Source of the DNA: Eledone cirrhosa
Taxonomy: Eukaryota
Reading direction: 5' to 3'
NCBI GenBank assembly: GCA_964016885.1
Contig: OZ024740.1
Location: 301,692,001 to 301,756,000 of the forward strand
Length of the DNA: 64,000 nucleotides
Every line of letters begins with the position of its first letter. Positions within the stretch are counted from its first letter, which is position 1. The notes under the pieces were generated by a model. The model was given only the letters and a program-made list of their open reading frames with translations. It did no database searches and was not told the DNA's origin. Of the stretch, positions 1 to 14,855 are shown one piece after another. Both the position numbers and the translations under genes were made by a program.

Positions 1-516
1 ACATATTATGCAGCGAAGAGTTTAAATCGATGATAGCGCGACCAAGTAATTTTCTCACAACTGAAACAAGAGAGATCCCTTTTATGATTGTAGCATACAT
101 ATCTATTAACTTTGTTTTTGAAAAGGTCAATAATTGAGGCATATTGTAACTGCTGTTTTACAGAAACTCTCTCTCATACACATTATAAGACCTCAAAGAA
201 TGTTGTCACAAGCATTCTCCCTTATCCGTGTATACTTCAGCAGCCAAGAGGCGTCTTGCCGTTTGACAGTTGTGCGATGGTAGTTTTAATTACTGAAAAA
301 GGAAATTCTGTTAAAGATATTGCAATACAGGCCGCTGCGAACGATTATTAATCCTATTCCAAGTTATGTTTGAATCTCGTTTCAGGATACTCGAGATGTG
401 TTCTTCCTATATATCCACGTGACTGTATATATTATATTTCATATAACCAGCAGTGCTAATGATATTATATATGTGTACCACGCCCGTCCCTTCAATCTTT
501 CTAATTTCTTATTCTT

Positions 517-553
517 TCTTCTGATGAAAGACTAGCGTCCGAAACGCTAAGAC
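517..553 (+). ncRNA. Minimal type I hammerhead ribozyme motif (PLE-type), slightly degenerate
   Basis: CTGATGA-aagac-tagc-gtcc-GAAA-cgcta; core boxes intact, one stem II mismatch, weak stem I; AT-rich tail runs into (CA)n. Confidence 0.6.
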
Positions 554-641
554 TCTCTTCCTGCTATTTCAAGTGTTAACCTTATATATTCGTTCCATAT
601 ACTATACCGATTGTGTTGTTATTTCTGTTTACATTTTAAAT

Positions 642-749
<108 letters not shown>

Positions 750-1118
750 TTATTTATCTATTTATTTATAGTGAAGCCTGTTTTTCCCATGCAGTCCTAA
801 CAGAACAAATCGTGTCCGTCTTAATTGGTTGTCCGCATTAAACGATAGTTGCAAAAATGTACTGTTTGTATATATGGTAGTGGAAATATATAAACTGTAA
901 ATTAATCATGACATACAACATGAAAATTATCGAAAGAACAATAAACATTACATAATTATAAAATATAATTTATAGAATTATTTAGCATTACCATATGAAA
1001 AAAAATGAAAACGTTATACGTTTGTTGTGTTCAAATACATGTGGTATATTTGACATAAAATTATTATTGCTAAATCCATTGTAAACGTAAAGATATGCTT
1101 CACTAATCAATGACTCAC

Positions 1119-1233
1119 CCTTGTAGATACCTGCGTTGAATTGGGTGGAACTGAAACTATAACAGGGGAGTGAATATAAACAGCTGAAGCTATGTTGAAA
1201 ACAATTTTTAAAAATGATAATTACAGCTCATTC
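1119..1233 (-). other. Candidate non-coding or short exon
   Basis: Minus strand: ctctgtttgccgcctcatAG|...tacaagg|GTGAGT strong donor; stops in all three frames unless an internal acceptor near 1156 is used. Confidence 0.25.
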
Positions 1234-4200
1234 CTATGAGGCGGCAAACAGAGACGCTTTCTCACGTGTTTTAATCACAGGGACCGTACATCTATCAGAA
1301 AAGGCGACGTGAAATGAAGCTTCTGCCTTAGAAAAATATGCTGTTCGTTCCTGGAATAGAAGCCAAGATATGATATTGAATATAAAACGCTAGCTAGTAG
1401 GATGCACAGTATTATTAGCAACTGATACGGGCGTTAGTTGAATATCTAGCTGATGTTGTTTCAGTATAATGATTTCCCTTAAGGCTCTAAAACGTTGAGG
1501 AAATTGTTGATCTTGGGTTTCTCTTTACACGTCCATGTACAAAATAAATTAACCACGTGGTTCTCGTATAACACTTTATTTGATTTATGTGGACAATGCC
1601 CGTTGTACTCGACATCTCTGCAACCTACAACGGGAAGTGAATATGTTATGTATTTTTTCTGCTGACGCTTGGTATCCATAGTCACAGTCTGTATATGGAA
1701 CCCAGTTTTTGTCACCGTGATCTATAACACCTGCTTCGCTTGACTTCCGAATTACTCGTGAAATATACTACAAACAATACGTCTAGGGTTACTTATTTCT
1801 TTGAAGAAACGTTTTGTATCATAGCTCTACCGCTTTTCTACCTTTATCATGTTGTTTTCAGATATTTTACTTCAGACATGATTCTAACTCAGCAAATGAA
1901 AAAGAACACGCAGTATTCATTACCTAAACGGCAGTGCATAGTGATTTGGAGGTAGCTCGCTTCCTCAAAGCTGCCTAACCATTTATTGACTAAGTTCGCA
2001 AAGCGCTGGGGATTCTACAGAATTAGCCATACGTTAAGCAGCTGCTAGGGATCCCACTAACATCAGATCACACGAATCTGTGAGATAGGTGTAGAGGGTT
2101 ATCGATAATAACCCCAAATTATTGTAGAGTAGAGGCATCAAAACGAGTCTCAAATAATGTTTTTCTTTGATAACCAATGCAGATCTCTTCCAACTACTGA
2201 GCAAATCAGTATAGTGATTTTTTCAGTCATTACATATTACAGTCATGCAACTGTAGTTACTGGTGTTAGTGAAACCGCTTTGTTCTCATATAAGCTATGT
2301 TTCTAACACCACGAGAAATACAACAGCTTTTCTTGCAAGGTACATTTAGACCGTATTACGTTGGCCAACCCCCTGTCCAAAACATTGAGTGGAAATGATG
2401 TCTCCCTCATTTTACTATAATTAATGAAATGTCATTCCGTTTGGCCGGGGATTCTTAAACATTTTATTACCAAATCCCCCATCTCAGCAAACCAATTGAA
2501 GCCGTCCTCCTAGTAATTCGACACACTGGGAATAGAATGCGTGGAAACAAAACAAAAATAATGTACATTTTGGACCACGATTCTTGAGATGGTAATAATA
2601 TAGTGCTAGGTCTTGCAATATATCTTCCACAATTCGCGAAACCACTGACCAGTACATACACACAAAATTGTAATGATGTTATCATTTAACTTCTCAGAAC
2701 AAATCAGCGAAGAATGCCACATAAGTGAATTGAGGACAAAATATGGAGTAATCATCATTAATAGCGTGGGTATTCCGCAGTTGTATCCACCAATATAACT
2801 TAGTGCCATGCCCACTGTATGACTGAGACATTAGAAACACCCAAGAACCCATTGCTTCATTCCTTTTCTTGCTGAATTGTTTCTACTACACGGTTGCTGT
2901 ACTATCCTCTTCGCCAGAGAATATTATTATTATTTATCCAATGGTTATTTCTCCGTCAAAATAACCACAAATGACTAGATTTCAAATGTGTAACAAGCTA
3001 GCCTGCTCACAGCAATTTGAATTCCCAAATCACGTTTTTTTATTACGCAGGGATTGAATATATATATATATAAACACATCGCTGCCTTTTCAAAAAGTAT
3101 ATCTTTGAAATTTTATTAAACCAACTTATGATGATCGAACAATTGCATCAAAATTCATATGCCAAAAAATATTGAGTGAGATTTTCTTTAATTTTGCATG
3201 TCAGAAACATTTAGTTTTTTAACACCATGACCTTTACAAACTCTTACAACCGCCTGCTGCCGAAAAATCAAATGTAATGTTATCATTTCGTGTTTCTCAA
3301 TGCATCTAGAATAATATTCCTACTGGAAGTCATGATGCAAAATTCAAACCTTACATTTGCATATATACTTGTATACCAATTAATTTTTCCAGGGTAAGCA
3401 AAACTTACTTGATGAGGTCTGAGCTCCACTATATTAACAGGATGAACTTACTACTTTGTATAAGTACAATTAGATTACAAGCATAAACACTGCAGGATAT
3501 GTCAGCTTGACTAACCTCTCGTTTCTTAGAGAGTATTATATCTTTTGAAGACACGTTATATCAAATGTCTATTATAATATTGCTGGAGTAGAATTATTAT
3601 AAAGACAATCACTTTCAGTTAATACATTTTCAACAAATGCATGCACATAATTTTTCACTATATTAGCTTTATGTTTAAAAGTGCGGAATGTTGAAGATTA
3701 ATTGAAGAGGGTTCAATGAATTCGAGCAGAAGGCGAATTAATAGACTAGATATTATCTGAAATTATATTTGTGTTTAAATTTACCCATTTTGATGGGTGT
3801 GAAGTGTTCAGATTGTACACTAAGCATAAATTACAAATAATATTACGATGTTATTTCATACTCTCTCTTCCTCTCAGAAAATATCAGTGAAAGATTTTGT
3901 TAATCTCATTCTGAAATTGTGATTCTGGCATTATCTTGTAAAATATCATTTCAAATCCTTAATCCAACTTTAAATTTGCAAGAACTCATTTGGTGCTGAT
4001 ATGTTCTCACCTAGAATTACAAATGTTGTAATTTGACGAAATGGCAAGATTCCTCTTGCCGGAGGGAATTTTAATAATTTCAAACTTCAAGTCGGTTCGC
4101 ATCAACATGGTCGCTATGTGGGCGTAGAGAATAACCACATTAACAAATATGTTAGAAAAATGAAAAGGAGCCGTAATATGGAAGGCATAACAGCAACTAT

Positions 4201-7200
4201 TTTAGGCGGGAACTAATAATGCTTCAGTTATATTAAATGGATCTGGACGAACCGATGTGATTCTGAATTTATTACCCGAAAAATTATGAATTCGACTTCA
4301 TATTTATACACAATCTTGCAAAGTTAGAGAGGAGGCGAATGGGATTCTGAGCCCTATGTAACTATATCCCGTTTTCTATGCCTATAATGACAGTTAGCTG
4401 CATTTTGAAATGCATCAAAGCTACTAGAAAAGGATTTCTACCTTACACGTACAAGGCCATAGATTTAAAGGGAAGCACAGCAGGGGAGGGTGTTGTTCAC
4501 CGTTGTTTATGACTCGGCATAGATTGTATTAAATGTGCTGAATATGTATACAATATCGATTTTTCCCCTAAGGTATTAGAGAACATGCTTGCTATTCTAC
4601 TTTGCTTGTTACTGTAATATTGCAAATGAATAGAATTCTAACTCCAACTAATCGTAATTTCACGTGGTAAAGCGAATGAATGTTTTAAATATTTGTTATA
4701 GGAGTTAAATTTCCACCACCATTTCAATTCTAATGGTTTCTTATTCAAAGCAACGATCGATGTTTTACTGCATGGTTAACTTACTGCTTTCAAATATGTT
4801 AGGAATTTATTTCCATCTCTTCGCAATATCAACTATATTGAGCGAAATCTTTTAAAACATATCTGAAGAAATAATCATATCAAAGCATAAATGACAGAAT
4901 TGTCCCGTTCGTAAAGATTGTTCAATAAAAATGTGGTTGAACTTACTAAAAGGAATTAATACGGTTCGAAATATTAACATCATGTAATTGAAGATATATT
5001 ATGATTTAATGAGAAGAAAATTATGAAGAGAAGTTTATAGTTGATTTTGCTTTTTGTTTGTTTGTGAGTTTGTTTGTGAGTTTGTATTAAAGAAATGTTA
5101 AAGAAATCAGCTAATAATAAAACACATTTCCCAAAGATGCCCATTAATCACAGTTATATTCGATTAAACTTTCGACCCTACATTTTTTCTTTCAATTGAT
5201 TTACCACCCCCTAAAGTCGTCTCGTATGTTTGAAGTTAAATTTGATATTTTTTCATTTCTTTTCTTGTTGTTTGATTTCGATTTATATAAGTGAATATGT
5301 GGGATGTAAAACTTAAACAATTTTTTTTTTGCTCAGTTTGAAGAATATTAAAACACATGAACGTCTTTGTGAATAATCAATCGAAGAGGTATTCTATTAT
5401 GGAAACTATTATAATGATGATTAAATTACTTAAATGCGCATATGTTTGATACTTGCAACTAGAAAACGATTTTGTTTTTCATATTTAACATGGATAATGT
5501 ATATAAGCGGACGGCATTAGCTGTAACATCTATCCAATTAAATCATAGTTACACATCAGCTTTAGAGCTTCTCAGAATATGAATGAATCAATTTAAAATA
5601 AATTGTTTGCTAACTAAACTTGAATAATTTCAGAAATATCTTAGATCCAGCGACGTTTTAAAACTGCGTAACAGCATTTTTCTTTCATAAATGATGTGTA
5701 TATATTTTAATAGGTTCCTTAAACATTTCGTTGTTTGTTTTTTGATTTTTCTGTTATGTTTCAAGGGGATTATTATATTTTAGTTATTGCCTGCATAGAT
5801 ATTATTTATAATATTAGTGAAATTGTGATTGTAAAGTCGATTACGATTTAATGTCAAAAAGTTCATAACATAACAGCATGATTCAAACAAAGAATTTTAT
5901 AATGTAAGATGTTTATTGTAAGTGCATGACACACGAAATTATTATCACATTTATGTACCTTATCATAAATTGGCAGCTATGTAAATAATACACGTTTCTG
6001 GGTTGGGAGGTATAATTTACCAGAAACTGAAATCTAAAATAGTATTTGATATGCTTGTCAGTGTCAATATAAAAATCAATGATTCGAAATGACAATATAA
6101 TATGTGAGCTACTTGGATATTGTTTCCGATTAATTAATTGCAACGTAAATATTTATTGGGCCTTTCGTTCTTACAAGAATTGTCTGCATAGTGAAATTAT
6201 TATTTCTTTGACTTTTTACCTATCTTCCACTGCAATTCACAGCTTCCCATCTGCTACGGCATTCTTTACCTGTGAATCTTAACTTTTTCATACGTACGAA
6301 AATTTCTTAAGCAAGTATAAATTTTCTATATTATAATTGAGAATGATTTTGTATTTATGAAAATAAGAATTGATTGTGAAATCCATGATGCTTTAAATGT
6401 ACCATAAACAATATAAAAATCGCAAGAATACCAAAGTATGTCTACATTGCATGCATTTCATAATAGACACGTAAATGACGTTTAATCTAGCCGCATTGGT
6501 ATATAGTTATCAATATGATACGCTTTACAGTAAATGATGAAAAAGTAATAAAACTGTTCTCTTTTTATATACATTAAAGCACATAAAAGTTAGTTAGTAT
6601 AAACAACTAATGTATACGAATAACTATACCAAATTAGAATTCAAGAACGCAAATCAGGAATCCACATACTTTAAAATATAGATTAGAAGTAAAAATAGCA
6701 TAGTAAAAAAAATATTTAAATTACACTTAATGTAAATAAGAAGATACTTTTAAAATATTTATTTCCTGGAAGTGTTTCCCGGAAGAGAAACTATGAGGTT
6801 TTTCAATAATAAAACCGGGTCTGTCATATATTAACAGTAAACCATTCATGCTTCATATTCTCTCTACGCCAAACGACAGTGTTAGCGGTGTAAATCACAT
6901 TCAACAGGTCTGAGCAGAGGTATTAAGTTATTCGAAGTTCCATACAGAGGGTGTATTAATGACATTTGAGCAATTGAAATAAACAAAGTAATTAGGTGAC
7001 AAAAATCTCATCCTAATGTTTTGATCGTCCGAAGACAACAAGTGAGGAAACAAATCCCAAAATATCAATTCGCCGGATGTTTTATATAATTTAGACAAAA
7101 CAACTGGCCGTGGATGTGGTAATTTGGACGAAATCATGCATGCAACGAAAATAATTATATCTCCTCATGCAAGCATATTCTATTTAGAGGGCAACACTAA

Positions 7201-7733
7201 GAGAGAACAATGAAGATATACATTTCAAAGAGTTGGCTTAGAAAAATCAACTCAGAGGAGCGTTCTGCACACTAATAATACATATGTTAGTCTACGGTAT
7301 ATGTAATATAGTCAATTTCAAACCATTGAACAATTCGGGTTAAATTAATTCGTAGAAAACAGCTTTCAATATTCTAGTTTAAAAGAATTTGATCGAAACA
7401 TTTTGAGAATCTATTTAATGCAGTTTGAAAATGAGACCTGCTGTTAAGTTTTTAAATATAAGTTTTTCAATTTGAACAGCCTTCGGGAATTACTTGAATA
7501 ATCTAAGTTTATCGTATACTCACAAAGTAAAATATTTCATAATTTAACACGACCGTCAGAAATATTTTGGCTGCGTTTCGTTTTCATTATATCCCTAATG
7601 TCCTTTACCACACCTACTCATTTTATACAACTATAATTATCAATGAGCAGGTCACACATTCACGTATGCTTCCCTGTGTTCTGTTATTCTGCCTTGCCTA
7701 TATCTGTTTCCTTTTAAAGTTACTCCCTACTTC

Positions 7734-7770
<37 letters not shown>

Positions 7771-7813
7771 GGAAAAAATGAAACGAAATTTCATTTCTCA
7801 CTCTTAGTACAGC

Positions 7814-7863
<50 letters not shown>

Positions 7864-8021
7864 ATACTTTGGGAGGGTCATGTTACCAATAAGAAACACA
7901 CGCACCAGTTGCTTTCACTTCAATTTATTATATATTTATAAATTTATAAATTTACAAATTTACAAACTTATAAATTTCTGGTTGGTTGGTTGGTTCCACA
8001 ACCAGATAGTTGTTTATATAT

Positions 8022-8066
8022 AGTCATAGTCCTTTCGTCACACACTCTGTGACCTCTTCAGTGACT
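8022..8066 (-). ncRNA. Type I hammerhead ribozyme, intact core
   Basis: agtca-CTGAAGA-g-gtcaca-gagtg-tgtgac-GAAA-ggac-ta-tgact; stem I agtca/tgact, 6-bp stem II. Confidence 0.85.
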
Positions 8067-8235
8067 GGGGATTCCTTTCTTTGTTTCTGTGCCTTTCCTT
8101 TCTTCTATCCTACGCCATTTTGTTTCTGTGTGTGTGTTGTGTGCTCAGTTTGCGCATGCGCCACATCCGGGTGCCTGTGTCTGTTTGTGTTCATTTATCT
8201 ATTTCTTTCTTTCTTTATTTATTTATTGTTGGTTG

Positions 8236-8377
8236 GTTGTTTGTTCTATGTGTGTGTGTGTTTTCATTTTGTCCTGTGTGTGTTTTCATTTTGTCCTTAA
8301 TTGTAAGTTGTTTGTTCTATGTGTGTGTGTGTTTTCATTTTGTCCTGTGTGTGTTTTCATTTTGTCCTTAATTGTAA
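8236..8377. repeat. Perfect 71-bp tandem duplication in the PLE 3' UTR
   Basis: 8236-8306 equals 8307-8377. Confidence 0.9.
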
Positions 8378-8815
8378 GTTGTGATGTTGCTGTTCCACTC
8401 ATATTTTCTATTTAATTTTGGTTTTAATTCTTTTATGATTACTGCCTCTGTAATTTGCCTAAACATTGCGTCTTTTCTGTGTGTGGATTCTATTTTTATT
8501 TCTATGTTCTCTAGTCTACCCCTGTGTTCTATCTTAGCATGTTGGTAGAGCACAGATGATTCTTTATTATCTTGGAGGTCTCGCCAGTGTTCATTTATTC
8601 GTTCCCCTATACTACGAGCTGTCTCACCTATGTACACTATATTTTTGTTTCTACATTATCCTTCAGTACATCTTATGCTATATACTACATTTCTAGTTTT
8701 ACAGTTAATATGGGGGCTTATTTTACAGGTTATACATTTCTTATCTATACATGAGGGTCTTTGGAACGGGTATGTCTTGCTAATAAGTGTTTTTACGGAG
8801 GTACCTGGTCTCATA
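8368..8815 (-). pseudogene. PLE GIY-YIG endonuclease remnant with one in-frame TAA
   Basis: VVY..C..C...YIGET.R..R..EH motif; ORF track 8368..8637 extended upstream across a TAA. Confidence 0.88.
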
Positions 8816-8823
8816 TGTGTGTA

Positions 8824-8858
<35 letters not shown>

Positions 8859-8859
8859 G

Positions 8860-8968
<109 letters not shown>

Positions 8969-9635
8969 TATGCATGTATATAATAAAGAAATGGCCTCTA
9001 CGGAACTAGAACTATTTCATTGGAAGGAAATCATCAGGAAAGCCGACTGTCAATGTGTCGAAATTACATTTCAACAGGCGAAGCAGCTATTTTCATCTAC
9101 TTCTTAAAACCATATTCCTAAAATAGAATTTCTGTTAAAAGGCTGAAAGTATTCTAACTCTCAACATGTGGTCATGGCCAGAACGTGGAAGAGCCGAACT
9201 CCCACCGCCATCACCTCCATTTCTCTCACCCTCCCCATCTCTACGTATGGTGAGCACATGGGGTCCCAGGTGACAGACTCCCACAACCTGGTGAACATAA
9301 TGGAGAAGGATGAACGGTATTTATACATTTTATTGTGGTAGGGGAAGGTGGTGATTGGGATGAGTGGACGTCATTTGCTGATGGATTTCAAGAATGGGGA
9401 TTCTTGAAAACACTTAGAGAAAAATATACTTAGAGAAAATACAGCGGGATACAAAATCAGGCATGCCTTATTTTTCAAGGTTCAATTATGCCAAGCTAAC
9501 CAATGAATATTTTTAAGTGGCTATATTAACATGCTGTGTCACAGTCTACAAAATGGTCAAGTCTTTACAATCAAACAGACGAGACACAAACACACACACT
9601 CACACGCACACACATGTGTACATATATATACATAC

Positions 9636-9709
<74 letters not shown>

Positions 9710-9742
9710 ACACATACACACGTATATATATATATATAAATA

Positions 9743-10500
9743 TATAAATTACACAATATTCAAAGTTATGTTCAAATCATTTTATTGCTGACAATCGTTT
9801 CTTTCAAACTTTCGTTTGGTTTCATCGGAGCACTAGCAATGTTTGTAAATATAGTTAACCTCCTATTAAACTGAACAATCATGTAGATACATATATTTTA
9901 ATACTGTCAACAACAATTTCGTATTTACAGAGTGGAATGGATGCGACACATATTACAAGAGAATTGTACAATAATTAAAACCCAAAAGCACAGAGTGGAA
10001 TGCATGTGACAGATAACACAAAGGAATAGTATAATAATTAAAGAGGCATTAAGGAGAAAAGATACTCGTAAAACGAGGACACCAGCAGTGATATGCAAGC
10101 GTGTAGAGAGTGCAAATGCGTTGGGCATATCTAGGAAAGGAGACAAGCAATGGTGCTAGGCATATATAATTACTGTGTGGCAAAGGTATCACATAAAAAA
10201 TAACATTGGTTTACACGCATAACAAGCATGATTGTTCAGTTGAATAGGAGGTTAACTATATGTACAAACATTGCTAGTGCTCCGATGACGCCAAAAGAAA
10301 GTTTGGAAAAAACGATTGTCAGCAATAAAATTATTTGAACATAACTTTGATTATTGTGTAATTTATATTCCTGCTCTGCAAAACATCTGATGTATTTACA
10401 TTGAGCTATTTTTCTTACTGGTACTAAGGTAGTAATAAATGACTGACCTTTCCTCTTTTTAGTTGTATATAGTGTATATATAACTATAAATAGTATCATT
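9743..10500. mobile_element. PLE-type terminal repeat with inverted ~140-bp arms, each carrying a hammerhead motif
   Basis: 9743-9882 is the reverse complement of 10227-10367; a third copy of the family lies at ~29340-29600. Confidence 0.75.
9786..9832 (-). ncRNA. Hammerhead motif, CCGAUGA variant
   Basis: tgct-CCGATGA-aa-ccaaac-gaaa-gtttga-aa-GAAA-cgattg-tc-agca; GUC cleavage triplet, stem I tgct/agca. Confidence 0.7.
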
Positions 10501-10509
10501 ATTATTATA

Positions 10510-10693
10510 TTGGCACTATCGGTAGAGGGTTGGGCGCCATGCTTTCTAGCATAGTTACGTCCCTTTACAGTCTGAGTTCAAATCCCGCCGTGGTTAACTT
10601 TGCCTTTCATCCTTAAGGGGTTGAGAAAATAAAGTACCAGTAATGTACTGGATAATTGCTGGCCTTGTGCCTAAAGTAGAAACAATTATTATT
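10510..10693 (+). mobile_element. tRNA-derived SINE (octopus-type)
   Basis: A-box-like tggcactatcggt, B-box gagttcaaatcc, central gcctttcatcc...aaataaagtaccagt, (att)n tail; several copies in the window. Confidence 0.88.
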
Positions 10694-10955
10694 ATAAATA
10701 TATAATATATATATACATTCTTCTATAGAATATGCATTTGGTATATATGCACAATATACCTATATGTGGCTCCTTCCCTCTCAATGTAAACACATATGGA
10801 TGTAAACAAAATTATACATACGTACAAACTAACTCATACACCCATCCGTACATAAACCCATCCACACACGCAAACACACACATACATACATATATACACT
10901 CACACACGCAGACACACACACATACACAAACACACACACACATACACACACACAT

Positions 10956-10990
<35 letters not shown>

Positions 10991-11269
10991 CATTTTCGAT
11001 ATGCAAGGATGCAATATACTTCTAGCACTCACCGCCATATTACTTCATAGAAACAAGGATGGATATATTAATAAAGAGGAAAATGGGAAGTTGAGGATGT
11101 TAGGTTTCTTTATTAATTGAGACGTTATACATATTTCAGTGATGATAGATATCGTGTTTTATTCAGACACCAAAAAATTAATTAAAAGGTAACATTTCCG
11201 AGGCAATTGTGTGTGGAAGTGACCGGACTAAAAAAATGTGAGGATTTTTGAGTGTCAAAGCAAAAACAA

Positions 11270-12695
<1,426 letters not shown>

Positions 12696-12810
12696 AAAAT
12701 ATGAAATTTCATTTCTCACTCTTAGTATGGCTGATACTTAAATATAAGTATGTATACGTACATATATATGTATACAGACGTACACTAGTATGTATATACA
12801 TACATACATG

Positions 12811-12859
<49 letters not shown>

Positions 12860-13312
12860 GTATGGATTTACTGAACATTTATTATAATGCTCGGTTTGTT
12901 TGTAAGCAAACAACCCAAATTTGTAGCCGTACAGTTTTCGGGAACCATCGTTGCCCTTTAGTTTCAAAAAGTTCCTGGGAGCATAATCTACACACAAATC
13001 TGTTATTTTGATAAGGGGTGGCCCTTTTGAGCATACCCCAGGTCAGGTTGTAATCGATATTCTAATTTCCCTTTAATTGGCAATTGCCCATTAAAGGGAA
13101 ATTGTCTTATTATTGACATAGTCTATAAATGTAAAATTAGGACTAAGGACTCCACTTATTCATATATAGGAGCTACGTCTAACCAATTTAAAGTAATATT
13201 TAATACCCACAAACATAGTTTTAAAAATGCCGCATTAGCTAATACAACATCCTTGGCTGAAACAATTACTAATTATAGAAAGAATAATATTGATTACAAC
13301 CTGTCATGTTAA
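12860..13312. mobile_element. PLE GIY-YIG fragment with internal inversion
   Basis: + strand 13079-13312: GNCPLKGNCLIIDIVYKCKI...YIGATSNQFK..FNTHKHSF...NIDYNLS; - strand ~13062-12860 continues NIDYNLTWGMLKRATPYQNNRFVCRLCSQE. Confidence 0.85.
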
Positions 13313-13534
13313 TCGTAAAATGATGAATTTGTTCATATAAGGAACTTCTTCTTTGTTTAATATAAGGAACTTCTTTTTTGTTTTTATTCAATGTTTTTAT
13401 TAATTTATCTAGACTCTGTTTTCCTATGATTTTAATCGAAATGTTTTGAATGCACCTTCTCTTTTCATGATATTTGGATTACATTGAATTCTTCATACGC
13501 ATTGGACACTACCGTATATTTTTGTAGATTTATC

Positions 13535-13627
<93 letters not shown>

Positions 13628-14486
13628 TTATTTATATATATATATACTTTATATATATATATATATAAAATAAGTTGAAAATGCAATTGGAATCCCTATC
13701 GATGTTTACATATACTTTTACCGAGTTACGGCGAGATGTGGGACTATGCTGACCTATACCTCGTATCTGATTGATGTTGGCAACCTCTTTCAGTTTTATG
13801 CAAGCTGGTATATGTTCAAAGTATAATTTGATAGGTTGTAGAGGATCGTGTAATTAGGCATCGGCATTCGTGGTACTTGTCATGTTTTAGCGAATATGGA
13901 CAGTCACACTTGCAGTCTGTCATGTGCTCTTTCGTTCGGTAAATTTTCATTGTTCATATTTATTTTCCTATATTTATATACATATGGGATATATAATAAA
14001 AATATAAAATCCTTTGTTCGAACATATATACGAATATATATACACACACACACACATATATATATATATACACACATATGTATCTATGTGTCTTTGTATG
14101 TCCGTGTGACCTTCTTTATTCTTATATTTACATATCAGTGAACATATATGGAGATTTTGTGTAACTTTATCAAACTTCTTTGCTGACGTAGAAAGTAATT
14201 CCTACGTAATACATCTTATGTAGAAGAACATCGAATGCAATATTTAATAGGAATTTTACGTAGACATTTCTAGCATGAGATGACGTACTCAGTAGAAAAT
14301 GAATACCTAAAATATTTATTAATATGCTTTGATAAGAAAATATGTGTGATGTCATAGTCTACTACAATTTAAATTTTGATTTTTCATTTAATTCCCCAAG
14401 CACATAAACTAATTCGGACGTTCGCACACGCACCCACCAACACACACGCACACATACACACACGCGCGCACACATGCACCCAAACG

Positions 14487-14540
<54 letters not shown>

Positions 14541-14657
14541 GATTACACTGATATTCAAAGAAGTTCCCCTTGCACACATACACAATCACCCATCTATATA
14601 TAATGCACACATTATATATAACCTACACATACGTGTTTGTGTGTATATATGTGTGGT

Positions 14658-14689
<32 letters not shown>

Positions 14690-14690
<1 letters not shown>

Positions 14691-14855
14691 ATGTAGTCTG
14701 ATTAAGAGTTTCTATTCAATCACAAGTGGTTTTGCGTTCAGGTCCCCTGCGTAACAATTTGGATTAATACCTTAAATCAATAGCCCCCGGTTGATCAATG
14801 CCTTTTGACTGAATTTCAAGTGACCACAACTGTTTGGAACCATGTACTATATGTA
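14690..14855 (+). mobile_element. Old degenerate tRNA-derived SINE of a second family
   Basis: Resembles an octopus SINE layout recalled from memory (gcgttcaggtcccctgcg...atagccccc...aatgccttttga); highly diverged. Confidence 0.5.

Larger units (their letters stand above)
7857..8815 (-). mobile_element. 5'-truncated Penelope-like element (Neptune-like): GIY-YIG end, 3' UTR and hammerhead, flanked by (TA)n
   Basis: Translation ...[54 protein letters not shown]...EAVIIKELKPKLN; Cys-rich linker; HHR at 8022-8066; terminus shared with copies near 41.0, 47.3 and 59.8 kb. Confidence 0.9.

Noticed and set aside
2972-2993. tgactagatttca resembles a miR-279/996 family 5' end
   Set aside because: No complementary arm nearby to form a precursor hairpin
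8656-8658. In-frame stop in the PLE endonuclease as possible selenocysteine (Naiad-like)
   Set aside because: The codon is TAA, not TGA, and the endonuclease is C-terminal
10510-10590. tRNA gene suggested by A and B boxes
   Set aside because: No cloverleaf; it is the head of a multi-copy SINE
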